Part shown: piece after piece, positions 1-9,773 of the stretch
Layout: each line of letters begins with the position of its first letter
How positions within the stretch are numbered: position 1 is the first letter of the stretch
NCBI GenBank assembly: GCA_038232235.1
Contig: JBBSIE010000002.1
Location: 24,572 to 88,571, forward strand
Source of the DNA: Pyrinomonadales bacterium
Lineage (GTDB): Bacteria; Acidobacteriota; Blastocatellia; Pyrinomonadales; Pyrinomonadaceae
Direction: 5' to 3'
Length of the DNA: 64,000 nt
Translations under genes and position numbers: made by a program
The notes under the pieces: model-generated
The model's input: only the letters and a program-made list of their open reading frames with translations
Told to the model about the DNA's origin: nothing
The model's database searches: none

Positions 1-1
1 T

Positions 2-736
2 GACGAATCGCTCGACGACAGCCGACTTAACGGAAGCCGCGCCGAAGACAATTACACCGATCTTGCCAAAAATTTGGAGAACCAAACCGACGAATTGCGG
101 CGCGAATTTAATCGCAATGATTCTTATGCGGAAAATACGCCGAACGTGCGAAGCGTGGTAAATGCCGCGACCGATGTTGACCGCATTATGAAAAGACGAA
201 ATTTCGGCAGACAAACCGAGAATTTGTGGCTCGGACTTCGCGCCGATATTAATTCGCTGGCGAGAATTTATCGTGTGCCGGCGATTAGTTCGAGTTCTTA
301 TCGCGTTGTTTCGCGCGGAAATGCCGGTACTGTTCAAAGAAATCCGCGCGGACGAGCTTTTTCAAAACAGCAAGTCAAAGAATTAATCAAAAAAATCGAA
401 GAAGGAACGGACGCTTTTACCAAACGCTTTGACGAAACTCTGGACGACAGCCGTTTGAACGGAAGCCGCGCCGAAGACAATTACACCGACCGCGCCAGAG
501 ATTTGGAACACGCGGCGGACGAATTGCGGCGCGAATTTGATCAAAACGATCCGGGCGGTGAAAACAGAGAAAATGCCATCAAAGTTTTGACCGCGGCGAC
601 AGTTGTTGACCGCATAATGAAAAGCCGAAACTACGGCAATCAAACCGAAGCGGCGTGGCTCGGACTTCGCGCCGATATTAATTTGCTGGCTGGAATTTAC
701 CAAATTCCGGCAATCGGTTCTAAAAATTATCGCTAA
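2..736 (+). CDS. Hypothetical repeat protein, 5' partial (runs off the left edge)
   Basis: The frame of ORF 74..736 stays open back to nt 2. Nt 2-61 (DESLDDSRLNGSRAEDNYTD) repeats nt 431-490 (DETLDDSRLNGSRAEDNYTD), and the repeat continues as ELRREF..AATxVDRIMKxRNxGxQTExxWLGLRADINxLAxIYxxPAI. No family recognised. Confidence 0.6.
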   Translation, partial: DESLDDSRLNGSRAEDNYTDLAKNLENQTDELRREFNRNDSYAENTPNVRSVVNAATDVDRIMKRRNFGRQTENLWLGLRADINSLARIYRVPAISSSSYRVVSRGNAGTVQRNPRGRAFSKQQVKELIKKIEEGTDAFTKRFDETLDDSRLNGSRAEDNYTDRARDLEHAADELRREFDQNDPGGENRENAIKVLTAATVVDRIMKSRNYGNQTEAAWLGLRADINLLAGIYQIPAIGSKNYR

Positions 737-760
737 TTTCATCACAGTTTTTGAGTCAAA

Positions 761-792
761 AAAGACAGACAGTGAAAGACGTCTGTCTTTTT
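761..792 (+). terminator. Rho-independent terminator
   Basis: aaagacagac (761-770) pairs with gtctgtcttt (781-790) and is followed by T residues, 25 nt after the stop at 736. Confidence 0.7.
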
Positions 793-855
793 ATCATTTA
801 AACTCGCCTTTTAACTTTTTACATTCCACTTGATTTTGCCTAACATTAAATATAT

Positions 856-3285
856 ATGGACGAAACAGAAGATTTTTCCGCGAAATTGAACGAAGCCGAC
901 TTAAGCGACCCGCAAGTTCAAATTCCTTCGCAACTGCCCGTTTTGCCTCTGCGCGACATCGTGATTTACCCGTTTATGATTGTGCCGCTGTTCGTTTCGC
1001 GCGACCGTTCGATCAAAGCCGTTGACGAAGCATTGGGGCAAAATCGAATGATTATGCTCGTGTCGCAGAAAGACGTTGACAAGGAAGAACCCGAACAGGA
1101 AGATTTGTACGCGGTCGGCACAGTCGCCGTCATTATGCGAATGCTGAAACTTCCCGACGGACGAATTCGCATTTTAATTCAGGGACTTTCACGCGCCCGC
1201 GTTGATTCGATTTCGGCGAAGGGCGATTACGTCAAAGCGGATATCACGCCGCTTGCCGAACCGCTCGCGCCGACGAATTCGCTCGAAGTCGAAGCTCTCG
1301 TCCGCAATGTGCGCGGCTCGATGGAACGCGCTTCAAACTTGGGCAAAAACATCTCGCCCGAAGTTTTGGCGATTATTGCAAATTTGGATGAAGCCGGCAG
1401 ATTAGCCGATTTGTCCGCGTCAAATCTCGAATTAAAAGTCGAAAACGCGCAGAGCGTTTTAGATATTTCCGATCCGGTCAAACGTCTGCGGCGCGTCAAT
1501 GATTTACTGAGCAAAGAGATTGATGTTCTGACCGTTCAGCAGGAAATCAACACGCAGGCTCGGGGCGAAATTGACCGCTCGCAGCGCGAATATTTTTTGC
1601 GTCAGCAGTTAAAAGCGATTCAAGCCGAACTCGGCGAAGGCAACGAACTTTACGAGGAAATCGAGCAATACCGCGACAAAATTCTCAAAGTAAAAATGCC
1701 GCAGCACGCCGAAGAAGAAGCGTTGCGCCAACTGAAAAAACTCGAAAGAATGCACCCGGACACGGCGGAAACGGCGACTTTGCGAAACTGGCTCGACATT
1801 ATGACCGAACTGCCGTGGTCGAACGCTTCAAAAGATAATTTGAATTTGAAAAAAGCCGAGAAAATTCTCGACGAAGATCATTACGGATTGGAAAGAGTCA
1901 AAGAAAGAATGATCGAAGCGTTGGCGGTTCGCAAATTAAAGGAAAAACCGAAAGGTTCGATTTTGTGTCTCGTCGGACCTCCGGGAGTCGGAAAAACCTC
2001 GCTCGGACGCTCGATTGCGCGGGCTTTAAATCGGAAATTTTTCCGTCTTTCGCTTGGCGGACTGCACGACGAAGCCGAAATTCGCGGACACCGCCGCACC
2101 TACGTCGGCGCGATGCCGGGCAGAATTTTGCAGGCGATTCAGCAAGTCGGAACGAATAACCCGCTGATTATGCTCGACGAAATTGATAAAGTCGGCGCGG
2201 ATTTTCGCGGCGATCCGTCGTCGGCACTGCTCGAAGTTCTCGACCCCGAACAAAATTCGACGTTCCGCGACAATTATCTCGGCGTGACCTTCGATCTGTC
2301 GAACGTGATGTTTATGACGACGGCGAATGTGCTGGACACGATTCAACCGGCACTGCGCGACCGAATGGAGATTATTTCGCTGTCCGGCTACACGGAAGAA
2401 GAAAAGCTCGAAATCGCCAAACGCCATCTGCTGCCGAAACAAATCGAAGAAAACGGACTCGAAAAAGGAGACATCAAGTTTGACCGCAAAGCGTTGATGC
2501 AGATTATCAGCCAATACACGCAGGAAGCCGGTCTGCGCCATTTGGAACGCGAAATCGGCAAAGTCTGCCGCAAAGTGGCACGGCAAAAAGCCGAACTCGA
2601 AGACGAGTTCAAACCTGTCAGAATCACTGAAAACAACGTCAAAGATTTCCTTCGCGCGCCGCGAATTTTCCCCGAACAAGCGTTGAAAAAGGACGAAATC
2701 GGCATTGCGACGGGTTTGGCATGGACGGCGGTCGGCGGCGATATTTTGTTTATCGAAGCGATCAAAACTCGCGGCAAAGGCAAACTTCTTCTAACCGGAC
2801 AACTCGGTGAAGTGATGCAGGAATCGGCGCAAGCGGCGTTTTCATATGCCAAAGCGCGGGCTGAAGAACTCGATATTGACCAAGACCTTTTTGACCAATA
2901 CGATATTCACGTTCACCTGCCCGAAGGCGCGATTCCGAAAGACGGACCGAGCGCGGGAATTACGATGGCGACGGCGATTGTTTCCGTTTTATCGCAGCGT
3001 CCGATCAAAAAAGATTTGGCGATGACGGGTGAAATCACTTTAAGAGGCAACGTCCTACCTGTCGGCGGAGTCAAAGAAAAACTGTTGGCGGCAAGACGGG
3101 CGCACATTAAGACGGTAATTTTACCCGCGCCGAACGAGCGTGATCTTGAAGATTTATCTCAGGAAGTTTTGAACGATTTGACATTTATATTTGTAGAGAA
3201 CGTGCGCGAAGTTTTCAGCAAGGCACTTCTTGATAAAATTTCTCCAGCTGAGAAGTCCAGAAAAGCATCTGCCATGAATGTATGA
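856..3285 (+). CDS. lon: ATP-dependent Lon protease
   Basis: 809 aa with Walker A GPPGVGKTS, AAA+ core and the Lon catalytic Ser motif PKDGPSAGITMATAIVS. The N-terminal LON substrate domain reads LPVLPLRDIVIYPFMIVPLFV. Confidence 0.97.
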   Translation: MDETEDFSAKLNEADLSDPQVQIPSQLPVLPLRDIVIYPFMIVPLFVSRDRSIKAVDEALGQNRMIMLVSQKDVDKEEPEQEDLYAVGTVAVIMRMLKLPDGRIRILIQGLSRARVDSISAKGDYVKADITPLAEPLAPTNSLEVEALVRNVRGSMERASNLGKNISPEVLAIIANLDEAGRLADLSASNLELKVENAQSVLDISDPVKRLRRVNDLLSKEIDVLTVQQEINTQARGEIDRSQREYFLRQQLKAIQAELGEGNELYEEIEQYRDKILKVKMPQHAEEEALRQLKKLERMHPDTAETATLRNWLDIMTELPWSNASKDNLNLKKAEKILDEDHYGLERVKERMIEALAVRKLKEKPKGSILCLVGPPGVGKTSLGRSIARALNRKFFRLSLGGLHDEAEIRGHRRTYVGAMPGRILQAIQQVGTNNPLIMLDEIDKVGADFRGDPSSALLEVLDPEQNSTFRDNYLGVTFDLSNVMFMTTANVLDTIQPALRDRMEIISLSGYTEEEKLEIAKRHLLPKQIEENGLEKGDIKFDRKALMQIISQYTQEAGLRHLEREIGKVCRKVARQKAELEDEFKPVRITENNVKDFLRAPRIFPEQALKKDEIGIATGLAWTAVGGDILFIEAIKTRGKGKLLLTGQLGEVMQESAQAAFSYAKARAEELDIDQDLFDQYDIHVHLPEGAIPKDGPSAGITMATAIVSVLSQRPIKKDLAMTGEITLRGNVLPVGGVKEKLLAARRAHIKTVILPAPNERDLEDLSQEVLNDLTFIFVENVREVFSKALLDKISPAEKSRKASAMNV

Positions 3286-3549
3286 TAAACAAAACCGATA
3301 GAAACCATTACAATTCTAAATGATGAAGATATTTGCTAGGTTATATCGGGTTTCTATACGTTGACACCATATTTTTCGTGTGATATTTTGAAGAGGTTTT
3401 TGTCATTATAAATAATTGTTCAAGACAAATTAAAGAAACTTTTTTATACAATCGGCGTTAGATATTGCTAACGCTAACATTACTATTTAGGTCGTTTTAA
3501 CGATTCGCCCTAACCCTGAAAATTCATCAAAGGAGTATAGACGAACTCA

Positions 3550-5352
3550 ATGAAAACATACCTTTACAAGGTTTTTAATATAACCGCATTATTAATTTTT
3601 ATATCAGCATCATTTGCCGACGGACAAATTACCAGTTCGAGTTCGAGCGGAAGAAACGATTCCAAAACCAAGGAAGTTATACAAGCCGAAAAAGATATCA
3701 ATGATTTGATTGATAAATCCGGCGGGCATTTTAAAGCAGGTTTGGAAGCGTTTAGCCATAATCGCCGCTCAAAAGCTCGTGAAAATTTTGATAACTCAAT
3801 TGAAGAATTTCTAAAGTCACCCGTTGATGTCCAGAGAAATCAGAAATTGCGCGAATGTTACAATCAATTAATTGAAACTGTTTACCGCATCGAGTTTCCA
3901 GCCGACAACCAGCTTCCGCAAGTCCGCAGTCTTTCGGCAACCTGCAGTTGGGATATCAAAAACGAAACCGCCGACAATATTGCCAAATTCGTCAGAACAC
4001 AGCCAAATCAACCGGCAAGTAATGAATCTGTTGTTGCGACTGCCGGAAACGCAAATCAACCTGTCGAAACTCAAGTCGGATTTAACGAACAAAAATTCGA
4101 AGCGTCGCCGCTCGATGATCTGGCAAAACTCGAATTGACTCAGGACGAAGTAAATGTTGACACGCCCGAAGCGCAACAGCAGTATCAATACGCCGTTTAT
4201 GCGGTTGCCAACAAATCGCTCGGATTCAGCTTTCAAATGAGTCCGATGGTTCAGCAGTTCGTCAATTATTATCGCGGACGCGGACGCGCGACGATGGAAA
4301 CGGGACTTTATCGTTCTGGAATGTTTATGCGAATGGCGCGGCGCATTTTCCGCGAAGAAGGCGTTCCCGAAAACGTCGCGTGGCTCGCGCAGGTTGAAAG
4401 CGCGTGGAAACCGTCGGCTCTGTCGTGGGCGGCGGCTTCCGGTTTGTGGCAGTTTATTCCCGGAACGGGCGCGCGTTTCGGTCTTCGCCGCACGGCTTAC
4501 GTTGACGAAAGAAACAGTTTTGAAGAAGCAACGCGGGCTTCCGCCAAATATTTAAAGTTTTTGGCAAATCGCTACGGCGGAAATTGGGAATTGGCAATGG
4601 CGGCTTATAATTCCGGCGAAGGTAATGTTGACCGCGCTATCCGCCGCGCCGGAGTCGCAAATTTCTGGATCGCGTATCCGTATTTGCCGCAAGAAACACG
4701 CAATTATGTGCCGAATATTTTGGCGACGATTTTGATTGCCAACAGCCCCAACCAATATGGCTTTGGACATATCCGTCCCGCGCCGCAATTGACTTATGAT
4801 CGAATTCGCGTACCGCCTTCGACCAGTTTGAATTTAATGGCGCAGGCTTCGGACACGACGGTTGAGTACTTGCGTTATTTAAATCCGCATCTGCGAACAA
4901 ATATGACACCGCCCGAACCGTATATCATCAATGTTCCAGCCGGCAAAGCCAACGGAGTGGTCGCTTTGTTCAAAAGACTTCCGGCGGCAAGCCGAAATAC
5001 GGCGGTGGTCGCAAAAACCGTAACGGGTGAAAGCTGGCAGAATATTTCTAATAGAACCGGCATCAGCGTCGAAGATTTAATGGCGGCAAATCCCAAAATG
5101 CCCGTGCCGCGCGGCAAAGTCTTCGTTCCGCAAAAAGGCAACGGCGTAAATACTATAGTTTATTCGCGTCCGACCAATAATGTTCCGGTGCAAATCTCAA
5201 GCGTGCGCGTCGTCAAAGCCAAATCAGGCGATTCATTGACAAAGATTGCCGAACGCGAAGGCGTTTCGCTGGCTGAACTTGCCAAATTTAACGGTTTGTT
5301 GACCACATCTGCTTTACCGATTGGACGTGAAATCAAAATTCCGTCGAAATAA
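3550..5352 (+). CDS. Lytic murein transglycosylase (MltD-like) with C-terminal LysM repeats
   Basis: Signal peptide; SLT motifs ESAWKPSALSWAAASGLWQFIPGTG and AYNSGEGNV; LysM-like repeats at the C-terminus (VKAKSGDSLTKIAEREGVSLAELAKFNGL). Confidence 0.85.
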   Translation: MKTYLYKVFNITALLIFISASFADGQITSSSSSGRNDSKTKEVIQAEKDINDLIDKSGGHFKAGLEAFSHNRRSKARENFDNSIEEFLKSPVDVQRNQKLRECYNQLIETVYRIEFPADNQLPQVRSLSATCSWDIKNETADNIAKFVRTQPNQPASNESVVATAGNANQPVETQVGFNEQKFEASPLDDLAKLELTQDEVNVDTPEAQQQYQYAVYAVANKSLGFSFQMSPMVQQFVNYYRGRGRATMETGLYRSGMFMRMARRIFREEGVPENVAWLAQVESAWKPSALSWAAASGLWQFIPGTGARFGLRRTAYVDERNSFEEATRASAKYLKFLANRYGGNWELAMAAYNSGEGNVDRAIRRAGVANFWIAYPYLPQETRNYVPNILATILIANSPNQYGFGHIRPAPQLTYDRIRVPPSTSLNLMAQASDTTVEYLRYLNPHLRTNMTPPEPYIINVPAGKANGVVALFKRLPAASRNTAVVAKTVTGESWQNISNRTGISVEDLMAANPKMPVPRGKVFVPQKGNGVNTIVYSRPTNNVPVQISSVRVVKAKSGDSLTKIAEREGVSLAELAKFNGLLTTSALPIGREIKIPSK

Positions 5353-5373
5353 AATGATAATCAATTGAAAATT

Positions 5374-5416
5374 AAAAGGCGAGAAGTTTTGTAAAACTTC
5401 TCGCCTTTTAATTTTT
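5374..5416. terminator. Bidirectional intrinsic terminator
   Basis: ggcgagaag (5378-5386) pairs with cttctcgcc (5397-5405), flanked by an A-run and a T-run. It lies between convergent genes ending at 5352 (+) and 5467 (-). Confidence 0.8.
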
Positions 5417-5466
5417 GTAAATTTCCTATATGAATATTTCTTTTTACCGTTCACGATTTACGAACT

Positions 5467-5994
5467 TTATTTGCTTAATTCAACGCCGGATGCTTCAAAC
5501 GAAATCTCCGTTACAGTTCCGTCCTTGTTGATATTGTTGAACTTTGCGCCGTCTTCGTTCATCAGATGATTGACTTCCGCTTTGCTCAAAGTTTTTATGC
5601 TGAAAATGCCTTCGGCTTTCGCTTTCATTCCTGCCGAATCGAGCGGAATAAAAAAAGCGTGATCTTTAAACTTCACACGCACCGATTGCGAGTCTTTTGA
5701 CGGCGCGAGTTCCATCCAACAGCCTTCCATTTTGCAGGAACGAACAATTACACCTTCGACAGCAACGGTTTTGCCTTCGTATTTGTTCGGACTTTTCAAA
5801 ACCTCAGCCAGCGAAACCTTTTTCGCATTGCCGATTGCCGCGCCGCGTTTCATCATTCCGTTTTTGTCAAAACTGGCAACTTTGTCAGCTTCGGTCGGTT
5901 TCATCTCTTTTGACATTTTGTCCATTTTTTCCTGAGCGGAAACCGCGCCCGTTAAAGCTAAACTTAAAATCATTAAACTTAAATATTTTTTCAT
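5467..5994 (-). CDS. DUF4920-like secreted protein
   Basis: Signal peptide MKKYLSLMILSLALTGAVSAQ. The core GKTVAVEGVIVRSCKMEGCWMEL..VRVKFKDHAFFIP matches the DUF4920 pattern as I remember it. Confidence 0.7.
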   Translation of the reverse strand: MKKYLSLMILSLALTGAVSAQEKMDKMSKEMKPTEADKVASFDKNGMMKRGAAIGNAKKVSLAEVLKSPNKYEGKTVAVEGVIVRSCKMEGCWMELAPSKDSQSVRVKFKDHAFFIPLDSAGMKAKAEGIFSIKTLSKAEVNHLMNEDGAKFNNINKDGTVTEISFEASGVELSK

Positions 5995-6060
5995 AAAATT
6001 CCTCCAAATCTCAAATTTTCAAAATTATACCAGATAAATCTATCACAAACGGACTGCGAA

Positions 6061-7035
6061 TCAATAAATATCAAAACTGTATTCGACAACATTTGTGTTG
6101 CTGACAAGTTCATTATCTTTCTCTTGCGGAATAAATTTAATCCGCAAAGCCGAAAAAACCGCGTTTCGCAACAAGCCGTTCGGCAGACTTGAAAGAACAC
6201 CTATTTTAGAAATTCCACCATTCTCTGAAAACTTCAGACGAAGCCGGATAATGCCTTTGTCGCCTGCTTTTCGTGCTGCCTCAGTATAACTCGCTTTGGG
6301 TTTTGACAGAAAAAGAATGGGATTTTCAATTTTTTCTATCGGCTTGTTCGGTACGGCTGAGGGCTTATTGTCTTTGTTCGGTTCAATGACTTCGCCCATT
6401 TGCTCGATTGTAATCGGAGTCAATGAAGAAATATCAACAATTTTCGCACTGTTTGCTGAATTTGTCTGTGCCGAATTTAAACTGACCGATGAGAAAAACC
6501 GTTTAAAAGCTTCGGTTTTCGCACCGCGATTAGCTGCCGTCAGAACATAGAGATATTTTTTCGTAGTGATAAATTTTGTAATGTGGCTGATTTCTACATC
6601 TTTTTTATTTCTAAAGTCTTCAACCTTTTGCTGTTCTAATTGTTCGACCTTAAAACCCGCCATTGATTCGGAAGTTTCGGAAATTTCGGAATTTCTCGGT
6701 TTTTGGTCTTCGATCAATTCATTTACATATTTTTTGGGCGAATCAACTTCATAAATTTCAACTCTCATTACGGTTTTTTCCGCAGAAGCGTTGAACATTC
6801 GCATCTGTTCGTATTGATAAGCTTGGCTGCTGAAACCCGAACTGTGGGTCAGACGAAAACCGTCTTTATCATAAAAATAAAAAAAGTTTGAAGGCATTTC
6901 AAACGAAAATTCACCGTTGTCAAAACTTAGTCGAACCCATTCATCTGTCTGATTTGAAGTGTTTTTAATTTCCTGAGTGAAAGCCGAAACACAGAAAAAT
7001 ATAAGCAGAAACAATGTACTAAAAATCTTTTTCAT
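6061..7035 (-). CDS. Secreted protein with TonB-C-like C-terminal domain
   Basis: Signal peptide. The C-terminal roughly 80 aa (PKASYTEAARKAGDKGIIRLRLKFSENGGISKIGVLSSLPNGLLRNAVFSALRIKFIP) resemble an energy-transducer TonB C-terminal fold. Confidence 0.55.
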   Translation of the reverse strand: MKKIFSTLFLLIFFCVSAFTQEIKNTSNQTDEWVRLSFDNGEFSFEMPSNFFYFYDKDGFRLTHSSGFSSQAYQYEQMRMFNASAEKTVMRVEIYEVDSPKKYVNELIEDQKPRNSEISETSESMAGFKVEQLEQQKVEDFRNKKDVEISHITKFITTKKYLYVLTAANRGAKTEAFKRFFSSVSLNSAQTNSANSAKIVDISSLTPITIEQMGEVIEPNKDNKPSAVPNKPIEKIENPILFLSKPKASYTEAARKAGDKGIIRLRLKFSENGGISKIGVLSSLPNGLLRNAVFSALRIKFIPQEKDNELVSNTNVVEYSFDIY

Positions 7036-7086
7036 AATATTTTCCTCACAAATCGTGTATCCTTAAAGACGGGAACAATTATAGCA

Positions 7087-7614
7087 ATGAAGGAAAAATA
7101 TATCCACATTTTAAGTATTCTGCTCGCCGGATTTTATTTTGTACTTATTGCGTGGATTTATCTTGTCGAGCCAAAATCTTTGAGCGAAGTGCCGACCAAA
7201 GCGCAGACGACAGTCGAAAACGTAACAACCAAAGCACAGGTTATTACGAACACTTACGAAGTTGATAAAGCAAAATTTGACGGTGGTTTAAAGGCATTTC
7301 GCGCCGATAATTTTGTCGCGGCGCGTGATTATTTCGAACGTGCCGATCCCGAAGGGCGCGATGCGGAAACGCAGTTTTACATCGCTTACAGCTATTACAG
7401 ACAAGGTTTCGGCAAAGTTTATAATGACGATGAACTTTTCAAACAAGGTTTGGAAGAAGCAAATAAAGTTATTGCGATTGATAAAAATTTCGAAAGCGAC
7501 GACGCGAATTTGCAGATGAAAACGCCCGTCGAATTGAAAAACGAATTTGAAGAAGGCTTGAAAGTTACGACGGGCGATTTTAATCCGTTCAAAGTTTTGC
7601 GCGAGAGAAAATAA
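7087..7614 (+). CDS. Membrane-anchored hypothetical protein (TPR-like)
   Basis: One N-terminal TM helix (ILSILLAGFYFVLIAWIYLV) followed by a helical-repeat-like region. Clean ORF with no family motif. Confidence 0.5.
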   Translation: MKEKYIHILSILLAGFYFVLIAWIYLVEPKSLSEVPTKAQTTVENVTTKAQVITNTYEVDKAKFDGGLKAFRADNFVAARDYFERADPEGRDAETQFYIAYSYYRQGFGKVYNDDELFKQGLEEANKVIAIDKNFESDDANLQMKTPVELKNEFEEGLKVTTGDFNPFKVLRERK

Positions 7615-7634
7615 AGTAAAAAGTAAAAAGTAAG
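7614..7634. repeat. Tandem heptamer (aagtaaa x2 + aagtaag)
   Basis: Read directly. It fills the gap between the stop at 7614 and the ATG at 7635. Confidence 0.85.
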
Positions 7635-8435
7635 ATGGGAGAAGTAAAAATAGAAGAAAGAGAATCGGTGCAGTTGGATGGAGAAATCGAGGCGAAAAAT
7701 CTGCTGATTATTGAAGGCGAACTGCTCGAAATTCCAGCCGACGAAGAAATCGCAGTCAAGCGTCGCGCCGATTTAGCAAAGGATAAAGACCAAAGACCAA
7801 AAATCAAAAACCAAAAACTTCACCTGCAATACATCTTTTTGCCTTTGATTTTTTTAACCGTCGCGCTGCTCGGCGGCTTGCGCCTGAACGCGGCGGATGA
7901 TGCGTTGATTTTTTTGAAACCGCCGCTCGTTTGTTTGATTTTTGCCGTGATTTTGCTTGTTTTGTTTTTTCGTTCTGGCTTATTGAAACTCGAAGGTTGG
8001 TTTTCTGAGAGCTTTTCGACATTAAAAAACGTCGCCAACGGAACGCTTTTGCTGACTTTGTTTTTCGCTTCGACTCAGATTTTCAACTCGCTTTTGCCGG
8101 AAAAAGGCTTGCCGTTCTGGATTTTCGCATTCTGTTTTTTTTGGACGCTCTGGAACAATTTGTTTGTTGAATTTCAAGGCAAAAAACTCTTGCAAAGTTT
8201 GGGCAGCGTTTTCGGATTGGCGTTTGTCGCCAAATATTTAATTTTGGCTTATATGACTGCGCCAACGAGCGAAAACTGGTGGCGCGGAATCCTGGAAAAT
8301 CCGACGCAGGAATTTTTTACATATCTGTTTGATTTGCCAAGATTTGCCGCCGGAACAGGTTACATTCAATTTTTCGCCGTCATTTTTTATTTGCTCGGAT
8401 TATTTTTGCTTCCGCCAATTTCGGCAAAAAACTAA
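7635..8435 (+). CDS. Polytopic membrane protein, hypothetical
   Basis: 266 aa with an acidic N-terminal tail and at least 6 hydrophobic segments. Confidence 0.5.
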   Translation: MGEVKIEERESVQLDGEIEAKNLLIIEGELLEIPADEEIAVKRRADLAKDKDQRPKIKNQKLHLQYIFLPLIFLTVALLGGLRLNAADDALIFLKPPLVCLIFAVILLVLFFRSGLLKLEGWFSESFSTLKNVANGTLLLTLFFASTQIFNSLLPEKGLPFWIFAFCFFWTLWNNLFVEFQGKKLLQSLGSVFGLAFVAKYLILAYMTAPTSENWWRGILENPTQEFFTYLFDLPRFAAGTGYIQFFAVIFYLLGLFLLPPISAKN

Positions 8436-8651
8436 TTTTAAATCTGATATTAAAAACAAATTTTATCTGTTAGCAAAAAACTTTTTATTCGTTTTCAAAC
8501 CGAATTTCTTTTATCCGAGCTTCATTGCAATTTTTTACTGAATTAAGTGAGATTTTTCTAAGTTATTTTTTGTCACAAATCTTTATTCTGCGGTGTTTAT
8601 TTACTTGAAAGAAGCAAATTTCAAATAAAAATAAAAAATTGGGAGTAAATT

Positions 8652-9470
8652 ATGATTTGGAGAAATATATTTTTTTGTGCGGCGGTTTTATTTACCGTTT
8701 TGACTTTATCGGCTTTCAGCATTTCGGCGCAGGGAAAGCCGGATAGAGGAAGTAATTTTTGCTCGGACAACTGGAACTGGAACGGCAAAATTCCCGCCCG
8801 CGAATTGCGGAACATTGTTTTGCCGCTTCGAAACAGCCTCGAAGTTGACGGAAAAGGAAACGGCGCAATCTCGGTACGCGGTGAAAACCGCAATGATATT
8901 TTGATTCGCGCTTGTGTTATGGTGTGGAGCGAGTCAAAAGCGGAGTCGGAAAACGCCGTCCGGCAAATCAAAATTAAAACGGATTCGGTCGTTGAATTTG
9001 ACGATGTTTCAAACGAAGCGGTGGCAGTTTCGTATCAAATTTTCGTGCCGCTCAATATAAATTTGAAACTGACGGCGAACAACGGCGGTATTTTAGTCAG
9101 TTCGATTAACGGAACGATGGAGTTATCTACAACGAACGGCGGCTTAGATTTACGAGATTTAGCCGGAAGCGTTACCGTCAAAACTCTAAACGGCGGCGTT
9201 TCCATCGAACTTTCGGGCAATACATGGAACGGAAACGGACTGGATGTTGAAACGAGAAACGGCGGCATAAAACTCTTGATGTCCGAAAATTTTGCCGCCA
9301 CTATTGAAACCGGAACACGTAACGGCGAATTCAAAAGCAAAATTAACGGATTACAGATCGAAGGCAAAAGCAGATGGAGCAACAACCGGATCAGTAGAAA
9401 TTTCAACGGCGGCGGTGCGCCCGTCCGCTTATTTACAAGCAACGGCGAAATCAAAATTGTTGCGCGTTAA
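8652..9470 (+). CDS. DUF4097-like beta-strand repeat protein (putative adhesin fold)
   Basis: GGGAG RBS; signal peptide; repeated NGG(I/V/L) strands (TANNGGILVSSINGTMELSTTNGGLDLRDLAGSVTVKTLNGGVSIEL..TRNGGIKL..TSNGEIKI). Confidence 0.7.
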   Translation: MIWRNIFFCAAVLFTVLTLSAFSISAQGKPDRGSNFCSDNWNWNGKIPARELRNIVLPLRNSLEVDGKGNGAISVRGENRNDILIRACVMVWSESKAESENAVRQIKIKTDSVVEFDDVSNEAVAVSYQIFVPLNINLKLTANNGGILVSSINGTMELSTTNGGLDLRDLAGSVTVKTLNGGVSIELSGNTWNGNGLDVETRNGGIKLLMSENFAATIETGTRNGEFKSKINGLQIEGKSRWSNNRISRNFNGGGAPVRLFTSNGEIKIVAR

Positions 9471-9493
9471 ACTAACCGCCGATTTTAAGGTGA

Positions 9494-9549
9494 AAAAAGA
9501 GTTTGACGCTTGCTTTTATAATAACCGAGCAAGCGTCAAACTCTTTTTT
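9494..9549. terminator. Bidirectional intrinsic terminator
   Basis: The 20-nt arm aaaaagagtttgacgcttgc (9494-9513) is the exact complement of 9529-9548. A-run and T-run flanks. Confidence 0.85.
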
Positions 9550-9582
9550 AATGAATACACGAATAAATCCGAGTTATGTTTT

Positions 9583-9729
9583 TTAATCGAACCATTCGCT
9601 TCTGTAAGCGAGCCACCAACATAATAATAAAACAGGAATCGTTGCGATAATTGCCCAGAATAAAGGCAATATTAAATCGGCACCCGTTCCTAACAAAAAG
9701 AAACTTATCCAAAATACTTTTCGCTGCAT
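9583..9729 (-). CDS. Small (48 aa) two-TM membrane protein, not in the ORF track
   Basis: My translation: MQRKVFWISFFLLGTGADLILPLFWAIIATIPVLLLCWWLAYRSEWFD. GAGGAG lies 4 nt upstream of the ATG at 9729, and the terminator at 9494-9549 is downstream. Confidence 0.45.
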   Translation of the reverse strand: MQRKVFWISFFLLGTGADLILPLFWAIIATIPVLLLCWWLAYRSEWFD

Positions 9730-9773
9730 AAAACTCCTCGCTCAAGCATTTCAATTATGACACACAGGAAAGA

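Noticed and set aside
383-745. 120-aa minus-strand ORF overlapping the repeat-protein gene.
   Set aside because: The plus-strand frame carries the conserved internal repeat and a downstream terminator. The minus-strand ORF has neither.
2026-2679. 217-aa ORF antisense to lon, plus several others at 966-3107.
   Set aside because: It lies entirely inside a well-supported lon CDS. It is a Phe/Arg-rich mirror-frame translation with no RBS or family motif, a typical shadow ORF.
9548-9754. 68-aa minus-strand ORF from the track.
   Set aside because: It has no RBS and its 3' end runs through the 20-bp terminator stem. The 48-aa ORF in another frame, which has GAGGAG and two TM helices, explains the region better.
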